Assembly (NCBI GenBank): GCA_000934665.2
Contig: KZ538722.1
Coordinates: 1 to 51,793 of the forward strand
Length of the DNA stretch: 51,793 bases
Reading direction: 5' to 3'
Source: Catajapyx aquilonaris
Lineage: Eukaryota
The notes below the pieces were generated by a model. It was not told where the DNA came from, searched no databases, and worked only from the letters and a program-made list of their open reading frames with translations. Shown here piece by piece: positions 38,235 to 47,306 of this stretch. A program made the translations under genes and the position numbers. Position 1 is the stretch's first letter, and each line of letters begins with the position of its first letter.

Positions 38235-38859
38235 AGGGAGTTTGGGAATTGACGTCACAGGGGCGTCGCTACGGAGCCAGCCATTTCAATTTGGCGAATT
38301 GGAATGAACAACACCGCCTCTGATCTCCGTGGCGACCGATTTTGCAGTCATTTGGGCATTTTTCATGGCAAATATGTGGGAAAAGCTAGGACCCCCCCCC
38401 CCCCCNNNNNNNNNNNNNNNNNNNNNNNNNNNNNNNNNNNNNNNNNNNNNNNNNNNNNNNNNNNNNNNNNNNNNNNNNNNNNNNNNNNNNNNNNNNNNNN
38501 NNNNNNNNNNNNNNNNNNNNNNNNNNNNNNNNNNNNNNNNNNNNNNNNNNNNNNNNNNNNNNNNNNNNNNNNNNNNNNNNNNNNNNNNNNNNNNNNNNNN
38601 NNNNNNNNNNNNNNNNNNNNNNNNNNNNNNNNNNNNNNNNNNNNNNNNNNNNNNNNNNNNNNNNNNNNNNNNNNNNNNNNNNNNNNNNNNNNNNGGGGGG
38701 GGGGGTCTAGCGTTTTCCACATATGTGCCATAAAAACTGCCCAAATGACTGCAAAATTGGTCGGCACGGAGATCGAGGGGGTGTTGTTCATTCCAATTCA
38801 CCAAATTCAAATGGCCGGCTCCGTTGCGACGCGTCTGTGACGTCAATTCCCAAACGCCT
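38235..38859. mobile_element. MITE / fold-back DNA transposon with ~165-bp terminal inverted repeats around an assembly gap
   Basis: 38235-38405 (AGGGAGTTTGGGAATTGACGTCACAG...) is the imperfect reverse complement of 38695-38859 (...CTGTGACGTCAATTCCCAAACGCCT). The interior is N. Confidence 0.75.
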
Positions 38860-39776
38860 TTCCCATCGCCGATCGATTACTTATTGCCCGATTAGAACCA
38901 TTCCACGACCGGAACAAGCGCCAGTCCTTTCTCCGGACGATACAAAAAACCGCGTGTCCATATCTATAACAGCGCGCCAGGATTCGTCGAACGAAGACGA
39001 GCCAGCGCACCCGATTTTCGCTCGCGGCTGCCCAGAACGTGGCGGGAAACGTAATGACCCGGTCCTCTTAACATGTGGTCTACATGTGAGCAGATTTGAA
39101 TGGGTTGAGCGGGACTCGGCCTTGAGTGGGTATCCTCCGCTTCATTTTGTAGGGGGCGCACAGTTTTGTCCGTATGGTTCTCGAGGATGACTTCTCCTTG
39201 CGCGTGGGAAAGAAAGGCTTTCTTTCGCGCGAACTACGCACTGCAATAGCTTGTGCCTTTGTGACTGGATGTTTCCGGTTGGCTGGTGGGTGACGTCACC
39301 AAGTGACATTTGAGTGTAGCCCATATGGAATTTTTTTGTGATTTTGTGATTGATTTATTTTTAAAGTGTCTTTGATGGTTGTCAGTTACGATAAAGTCAT
39401 GTCGGTGAGAAATGTTTCGTGAGATAGTTTGAAGTGATTTTTGTGACGTAGTGACGGGATTCCCTTCTCTTTCCCCTCTCCAAAAAAAAACGAAGTTTGT
39501 GATGACTGTTGCAATCGCCAACCGAAGAAGATGGAGCAGCGGCTGGTGAACAGTGAATGGTACCATGGATGGACCGTGGACACGTGCTTGAAGTTGGTGC
39601 AGCTGCTGGAAGTAGGGCAGGAATCCGTGAGTGGTCCAGATCGAGATGGACAGGTTCCTGGCCTTGTGCTAGCTGCTGCGTGCGTTCTGGGCGGTGTCCA
39701 GTGGTGTAGGGAGTGCTCTCCTTTTACGGACGATATGGACCAGTTATATTGGAGGGTGGATCTTCGGTGGTACCAG

Positions 39777-40640
39777 ATCTGAACGTTGACAACTTTTCGT
39801 ATGAACCTATCAGCTGGTATTTATCAATCGCGTTTTGGGTCACCCTGTGTTTCAGAGAAAGTTGTCAGTTTGTTCGTGATCCTCTGCGATGATTTTCTTA
39901 CTTTGAAAATGTAATGGAAACAATCATATTGCTGTTGTGTGGAATAACTTTCTTTGGAAGCTACTATACTCGTGTCTGTGAGGAAAATTATGGTGAATGC
40001 GACACTAATCAGCTGGTTAGAGCTTGTATTGCAGTTCAGAGAGCTGTACTTATGCTGGGAGAAATAGATTTCCTTTTGAATGTCAAGCTGTGATTATAGC
40101 CAGATTGTGTTGTTACTATTTATCATCCTGGTTGTATTGGTGTTGATGAACTTGCTCAATGCTTTGGCTGTGAGCGAAACACAAGGTATTGTCGATCAAG
40201 CAGAGTTGTATGGTATGAGTGCTTTTATAGAAGTTATTTGTCAAGTGTATAGTCCACTCTTTGCACTAGAACGTTCACGAAGAAGAAAACTTGCGGTTTG
40301 AATTTCAGGTAATTTAATGACTCATTCTTAACAATGTCCTTTACAATTACAGATATCCAAGCTTACCTCATCGATGTACATGCCTCGCAATCAACTGGCA
40401 TTTGTTTTTGAACCGGTCGAAACGGAAGACTCTTCCCAGATGTATGACCAGATCTGAGTACATGAAGCACAAGATCTTGCTGTTTCCGAAGCTGATGAGT
40501 GGTAAAGTTGCTGTCGATCTGTCAAATGGAGATGTCAGGAACACTACATGGAGGCTTACGATGGACCATGTTGAGTCCATTAGGGCATGTTTGTATCGAA
40601 ACACTCAAGTGAAGTGCAAGAGGAAGTGACTCGCAAATAA
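39777..40640 (+). pseudogene. 5'-truncated pseudogene copy of TRPA paralog A (S2 to C-terminus)
   Basis: Colinear with about 30379-31453, including the last intron. It has frameshifts, a ~200-bp deletion at about 40030 (equivalent to about 30634-30828) and a small deletion in the pore loop. Residual ORFs read MNLLNALAVSETQGIVDQAEL and LPRCMTRSEYMK. Confidence 0.88.
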
Positions 40641-40906
40641 TATTTGTGGCCATTGTTGACTTGTTCAAATAATTGTGATCAGCTTTTATTTCACAGGAAA
40701 CAAATAATTCCTATACCTGTTAATTATTGTGTAAAATATTAGTATATAATCTTAAAAATTAATTCCATTATTTTGTGTTGCCAACTCATGATGCTGGATA
40801 CTGTACAGTGAATACTTAGCCTAATTTTAAAAATATATCAGTATGTTGTCATATACAGTCTTACATAAAATCGACATACTATGCACATAATTATAGGGTG
40901 CATTTT

Positions 40907-42835
40907 TCATGGAACATTAACGTATTTTTGCATATAAGTTATAAAGGCTTCTCCGATGAACACGAGAATTCCACAACCCCAGCAACATATGGCAAGAAAA
41001 CATATCATTCCTTTCAGCTGGTCAAATTTTAATGACATTGAATGCAAATACCACCTGTCCAACTTTCTCGCTTCTTTCAGACCAATCAGACCGCATGTGA
41101 ACTCCAAATACTTGTCATACTTGGCCATAAGGCCTGCATCTATATAATATGTGGTGAATCTATTCATGATTGGTCCTAATTTACTGTGCTTGTCCAAAAT
41201 TTGACCACCCAATACTAATATGTGACCTTCTTGAGCAATGGAAATAGGAATATTTCCGGCCTTGTCTATGTACATGGATCCTATTGCGAGCAATATATCC
41301 GCAGGAGCTATGCAAGCAAAATTGTCTTCTATTGATTTGCGTATGCATGTGTTGAAGTCCGGTTGATCGACCATACCGCGAACAATGGGTTTGAAATAAT
41401 CCAAATCGTTATTTATAAATACACTTGCAAAATACGGCTTAGCCACTTCGAATGTCCCCCAATCCCAGTGTTTACGCTTATTGTAGAGATCCTGATACGA
41501 GTTGGGCAAATCCTCCTGCATTGGAGATGCTAAGAAGCCAAAGTACAAGGCTTCGTATCCGATGATGATGACTAGGGAATAGATCCACCAGAAGGAGATG
41601 AAGAGTCTGGAGGGGTCACCTCGGGGGATGGTGTTGGGGTTTTCCTCGATCAGGGTGGAAAACAGGTATCTGGCCGAGTAGAGGAAGAGGGAATAGGACG
41701 GACCCTTGTCTGGAAAAGGGTTGCGGAAAGAGCTCTCTATTCTTAGCAGGGCGAAGAGGACAACACTTCCCACCAAAGTGGCCAAAAATATGAAGACCCA
41801 CATTTCGGGAGTGTAAGGCCTCAACACAGAATTCCACGAGTAATTAGGCCTGGAATTCCTTGTTGAAAATATCATCTGTACGTAATAGATAGGCAAAGTA
41901 ACCTGCACAACAGTACTTTGCAGGGCTATTATAGTTAAACCTATCTCCGCTTTTCTTCTAACAATGTCTCCTGTTTGACCCGTGTAATTACCATCAGGTA
42001 ACAAAATATCTGGAACTTGACCATCATCTATCTGAGTTCCTTCCAGATTCCAGTCAAAATTAAGGGCATCACTTGCCAATAGCAAGAAAAACACAACTCC
42101 AAACATTGGCAGCGAATTGTGTAACATGTACTGTAATTCTTCCTTGGACAAGCTAAACGAACCAGTACCGTTAATTAACCGACCGTGCAGATCGGTGGAA
42201 TAATCAGGGAATAAATCCAGTATGTCGCCACCCTTTTTATATTGACCCACATGCACTACTTTCGGATTACCATGGTCGCAGTAATGACAGTTCGCCATCA
42301 CCTTTATCGAGCTGGAGTCCTGGTCGAACTGGATCCCGACCTGAAAGAGCATGAGTTGGGCGATGGGATGCATCAAGACTGTGTCCAGACCTCCGTCCCT
42401 GGGCCAGAAGAGGAACCTGTCCCTTCCGGTGTCCATGAGGTGAAGAGTGGCCGCGTGGACCACCAGAGGAGACAAGGTGTCCAGTGTCCCGAAGGCGAAG
42501 AGGAAGGTGGCGCAGGGGTCCAGTCTCCTGGCCTCCGGTCTGTGCAGCCAGGAGAACCAGTACTGTCCACTGGCGTCCACTGGTGTCCCGTCCCACCTCA
42601 CCACCGCCACTTCCTCCGATCCATTGTTGATCAGCCGGTTAAACGAAGAGGGGAACACCAACCAGTCGCCGCACAACACCAGGAGACACTCGGGTCTCGA
42701 ACCACGGACATCTTCCAGGAGGGAGGTCACCAACTCCCCAGCCTCCCATCCAACAGATGGAGAAGTCAAATTAACTTGACCAGACACGAGTGTAGCAAGC
42801 ACGCAAAAACAGACTGCGACCATGACATTGTCCAT
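40907..42835 (-). CDS. Ionotropic receptor, divergent class, copy IR2, 642 aa, intronless
   Basis: Intact ORF and a close paralog of 31719-33638, with the same iGluR/IR S1-M1-P-M3-S2-M4 motifs. Confidence 0.9.
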   Translation of the reverse strand: MDNVMVAVCFCVLATLVSGQVNLTSPSVGWEAGELVTSLLEDVRGSRPECLLVLCGDWLVFPSSFNRLINNGSEEVAVVRWDGTPVDASGQYWFSWLHRPEARRLDPCATFLFAFGTLDTLSPLVVHAATLHLMDTGRDRFLFWPRDGGLDTVLMHPIAQLMLFQVGIQFDQDSSSIKVMANCHYCDHGNPKVVHVGQYKKGGDILDLFPDYSTDLHGRLINGTGSFSLSKEELQYMLHNSLPMFGVVFFLLLASDALNFDWNLEGTQIDDGQVPDILLPDGNYTGQTGDIVRRKAEIGLTIIALQSTVVQVTLPIYYVQMIFSTRNSRPNYSWNSVLRPYTPEMWVFIFLATLVGSVVLFALLRIESSFRNPFPDKGPSYSLFLYSARYLFSTLIEENPNTIPRGDPSRLFISFWWIYSLVIIIGYEALYFGFLASPMQEDLPNSYQDLYNKRKHWDWGTFEVAKPYFASVFINNDLDYFKPIVRGMVDQPDFNTCIRKSIEDNFACIAPADILLAIGSMYIDKAGNIPISIAQEGHILVLGGQILDKHSKLGPIMNRFTTYYIDAGLMAKYDKYLEFTCGLIGLKEARKLDRWYLHSMSLKFDQLKGMICFLAICCWGCGILVFIGEAFITYMQKYVNVP

Positions 42836-42840
42836 GGTTG

Positions 42841-42875
42841 AACTGAGCTTCTATTGATTCTCCTGCATTTTTATA
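42841..42875 (-). promoter_or_regulatory. Core promoter of IR2: TATA box at -31 plus initiator TCAGTT
   Basis: Minus strand shows TATAAAAA beginning at 42875 and TCAGTT at 42846-42841 (predicted +1 A at 42844), a canonical 31-bp spacing. Confidence 0.7.
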
Positions 42876-43653
42876 TGGAAAGTGTCGAGAAAATTAGTAG
42901 TCAATAAAATTTGGTTAGTTCCTAATTTATGATGCAATATTCTCCAAAAATTATTAAGGAGAAAATTACCAAACATTAACCTGTATGAGTTGGCACCTGA
43001 TTAATTACCAGGTATTGTTCACTGAATATGTGAAATGTGCGGATTTTTATACTTACAGAATATTAAATGAGGTGATGATGGCAGAGTAGTTGTTCAAGCC
43101 TGTCAATATCACTTAAAATTGCTGACATTGAAGCAATAATGATGCTATTTCATTCGACTTTGAATGGCGAGAAATTGCACATTTTCCAATTTAGTCCTGT
43201 CATCACATACGATTAGGATGAATATTTGAAGATATTTATTGCGTCACAGAGGCCAAAAAAATGTCATAACAGACATTTTGCTTATCAAGTGTCTTTGTAC
43301 TGCAATAGAGATGGATTCTGCCCTCGCCCTTCTTGACACTGAGAATGTATCGTTGTACACGCATGCAGGTACCCATAAAAGATGTACTTTCCAGCCACAC
43401 ACTTTCAAGCTAAATAATAAATTCCAGACGTCACACTAAAGCACCTCAGTAATATTTTATCATATAGCCTGCGAGGTTAATTAACAACAGTTTAATGACA
43501 AACAAAAACATAAGGTGTCTAGAGCCTATTCATCCCAGCAAAATGGGATCTTGGAACATCGCAATGGCCTCAGTGTCACAAAATGATTAATATCCAGTTG
43601 CCTGCAGTACAGGGCATGTATTTCACCCACACATTTCCAGTTATTAAATTATG

Positions 43654-46237
43654 TCAACTCCCAAGCTCCGCTTTTCTTCTTTGTCGCTCGAGGCATCGTC
43701 TTATGGAGTCGAGGTACTTCACAGCCAGCCTCCACTTGACATCTGTGACATTGTCAAACAGGACGCTTCCGTTGGACAGGTCCACCACCATCACCTCTCC
43801 ACGCAACACTCGCGTTTCCCTCTTCATGTATTCCCAATTTTGCAAAAATTCAAAAAGTTTTGTGCTTTTTGTTACATCCCACTTAAACATCTTGGGAAGT
43901 TTTGACATCGCATCTAACCTGTAATAATCAAATCAATTCATTAAAATAATATACAAATGATGAAATCAATAATTCTTCTAAATGGACAACGACATAGTTG
44001 ACCTGAAAATTCAATTGCATATATGTACAGCAATTTATTCACATTATAAAAATAATATTAATGGCCCCTTACCTCTTAGAAAATGTCCTTGGCCAAAATA
44101 TAGAATCCAGATGACACAGTATTTCAATAAAGGACCTTCTGTAGTACAGGTCAGCTTTGTCCATCAGAGCTTGAATATCACTGACAGCCAAGGCGTTCAA
44201 GAAGTTCATAAACACAAGGACAATTAAGAACAGAAAGATGAAGTACATGACCACATTAACCACATAGCGATACTCCGTGCTGAAAGAAATGTCATCAAGA
44301 TCCCTCTGCCCCAGCATGAGTGTCATTGCAGACTTAAGCACCAGAGTGGCGTTGGCCATGTTCTTACAATACGGATGTTTATGTCCTATGCATATGTTGA
44401 TGTAAAAACTAGAGACGAATCCGACGATGAAGCTGACGAATATGAAGAAAGCCATCAGGTAACTCTTGGCCACTGCTACGAACATGGGTCCATATATGGA
44501 GAAAGGATATCCTCCTGCGACGAAGGCGACCTCAAGCCAGGTCACAAGGGTTATAAACTGTCTGATGTGGAAGTGTGACAATCTGGTAAAAAATACTAGT
44601 CCGCAAGCAACCAGCACAAATATTCTGGTCAGATTATCCCAGTTCTTGAAATAACTACGCGGATCGTTCAGCATGTACAGAAACTCTCTGATGCATATGA
44701 TACACCACAGGATCACACTGGTCACTCCCCATCCACCTTGTGCACCTGACCTTTCCTGGTAATCGGTCAGCACAAAAGTGGTCCACATGCAAACAAACAG
44801 CACATATAGGAGTGTGTTCAGAGCAAAGTAAGAAAAGGTCACTTTCCTTTTGAAACTATGAAGAGTCTGAATCACAGGATGAGTCAAAAGAAACCATCGT
44901 TTCTTACTCTTGCTCAGGTATTCTAGTATCTCAAACTCTGATATGTTGCTCATGAATTTGTAGTTGATCCTGGCTTGAACTGTGACACCATGTGACTTCC
45001 TGGTTTCTGTGACGCACGAGTCGAAATATTTCTCCAGTGTTTCTCCAGACAGATAGTCAATCAGTGGGTTGCCAGATTTGTCCAAGGTCCACAGACTTGC
45101 ACCTTTTGACAACAAGGCCAACGTGGTCTCTTCAGCCTTGCTTGTGATGCTGTAGTAAAGAGGCGTGATGTCATCTTGATCCAATGAGTTGATCCCTAAA
45201 GTGTCAGCATCCAGCTCACTGTTTAGCAAATCAACAATGCAACGATCATAATCCTGCTTCTCCTTGTTTAAGTTGACTTGTGTGAAGAACGACCGTTTGT
45301 CCTTCTCCTTGTTGTTCAACCCTTTTGTCAGAATGTGCAACACATTCTCTCCATTCCCACTGTTAAACTGTCCCATCAACCCTTTGAATTTGGGCAACAC
45401 CTTGAAGTACCCCCATGAAGCTGCCAACAATATAGGAACATGAAGATCGTCGCTAAAATGCAGAAGGTATTGTCTTAACAGTTCGTCAACACAACTGTCT
45501 AGACCAAGTAAGCAGCTGGCTTCAAGTAACGTGTACTGACCATCACTTTCATTTAACTCGGACTGTCCACAATCACTAATGAGTTGTTCAAACAAGTCTT
45601 GTCTCTCGCAGTATATGGCTCTAAACAATGTACCTATGTCACACTGTATGTTCATATCAAGTTTGTTTAACAATTCGGGCATGTGTTTCTTCATGGCTTC
45701 TTCTGTCCTTAGTTCCTCACTGGGGCTACCCCAATGCTCCACTAGGATTGCTGCAGCTTCTTTGTTCTTGTTAACAACCGCAAGATGAAGTGGGGTTGCA
45801 CCATCCCAGTTTTTAGCATTTACTAGAACACGTTCTTGACCAAGGATTGTCTTCAAGATGTTCGTGTGGCCAGATATGGCCGCATAGTGCACAGGAGTAC
45901 AGCCCTTTTCATTCCGACTATTGTAAAGATACTCATCCTTATGAGCCTCCAACAATGATTGGACCACATTTAACTGTGAAAGCAACACAGCTCGGTGTAA
46001 TTCATTGTCTCCGGTTGTGTTTGACACCCTGTATGTGCTGCTCGATGATTTGACAAGTAGGCCTGCCAGGAGTAGGTTTGGGTTAGGTACTGTTGTGAAG
46101 TCGTTGTCTTGTGTTGAAACACTTTGTAAGTCCATGTAAGGAACTGCTTGGCTCCTTTTTGTGATGCTGAGACGGCTTCTTTGGCTGGCTCGGTTTTGGT
46201 CAAATTTTCCATCTGAATTACATGATACCAGTTCCAT
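43654..46237 (-). CDS. TRPA-family (Painless-like) channel, paralog B, short ankyrin form (~809 aa); exons 46237-44073 and 43918-43654
   Basis: Within the 748-aa ORF, ATG 46237 has strong context (ATCACCATGG) just after a TTTTTGCAG acceptor. There are ~8 ankyrin-like motifs, six TM segments and MNFLNALAVSDIQ. A phase-2 intron (44072-43919; AG|GTAAG...TTACAG|) joins in frame to the 43654-43908 ORF. Confidence 0.88.
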
Positions 46238-47306
46238 GGTGATCAAGAGCTGCAAAAAGGTATTTTGAAATTCCATTAATGATAAGTTCGTTGTGTGTAT
46301 AGTATTTAGTATCAATTACTGTTATCTTATCATATTTTAGTACATATCCTCAGGATGTGAGGAACTAATAGGATGACAGGTCGGCAGGTTTTTGTCGGCC
46401 CAAAACAAACATAATAATTGATGGCTGCACATTGATAAAGCTTGTGACGCAAAGCTTGTTAGTTTCTCATTCCATTGGCTTTAGTTATACTTTTAAACAC
46501 TTTAGAGTTGTCCACACTATTGCATGAAGACTAAAATAATATTGTTGGATTCAATAGTGCCTAGTACTCACACTAGTTAACTAGTAGTTAACTTACTAAT
46601 ATATTTAAACAAAAGTGACAGTGAGATAATTATGTAAATAAACAAGGGCAGACGTATAGTACTTGATATGTAACTTACCTCACATCCACAAGTGATCGCC
46701 TTACACTCGTCGTGCTGATGCACCTTCTGGCATACTTTCTCATCTCTCCTGGCATCCATGTCAACCATTTGTTCAGGATAAGATTATACTACATACGTAC
46801 AGCGTTGGGAAAGAAAAGTATTTACATCCGAACAATATTCGCCACATTCATTCGTCAAAAACTAACATACAAATATTTAACGCCCGCAGTTATTAATGAA
46901 TAATTACACCTTTCATAATTTTCTGTGGCAGGTATGATACTGTTATAATTACTGCAGATTTTGTACGGCCATCATGTTATTAATGAGGAAATCCAATATC
47001 CGGATAGAAATGTAGGCCAACCTGCTTTGCACACACTGAATATTTTAATCTTATTCCTATTAATTCGCTCAATATCAGACACCTTTAAATGCTATTGTAT
47101 TTCCAGCCCTGATTTATCATGTAATGCGAAAGACAACACTCTAAATTTTTATCACTAGAGACTAGATCAATAAATGTTTTAATCGCCAAAGCTCAGTGCA
47201 AGATAGTCTACCGAACAAAGGAGATGATAGCACATCAAGGGCTTCTAATTGTTGAGAGTACAATGGTGGCATTGTTAATAATTATTCACTATTATTAGAG
47301 GACAAG

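Larger units (their letters stand above)
37272..44402 (+). repeat. Segmental duplication unit 2 (A upstream region, TE insertions, psi-A, IR2, 3' part of B)
   Basis: Direct repeat of unit 1. The ~3.3 kb carrying the 5' part of A is replaced by repeat-derived DNA at about 37930-39776. Confidence 0.9.

Noticed and set aside
38286..38846. ORFs of 134-186 aa spanning the gap
   Set aside because: Artefacts of translating through N runs inside a TIR element.
46238..46315. N-terminal extension of the 748-aa ORF
   Set aside because: It overlaps a polypyrimidine tract and acceptor; ATG 46237 has much better context.
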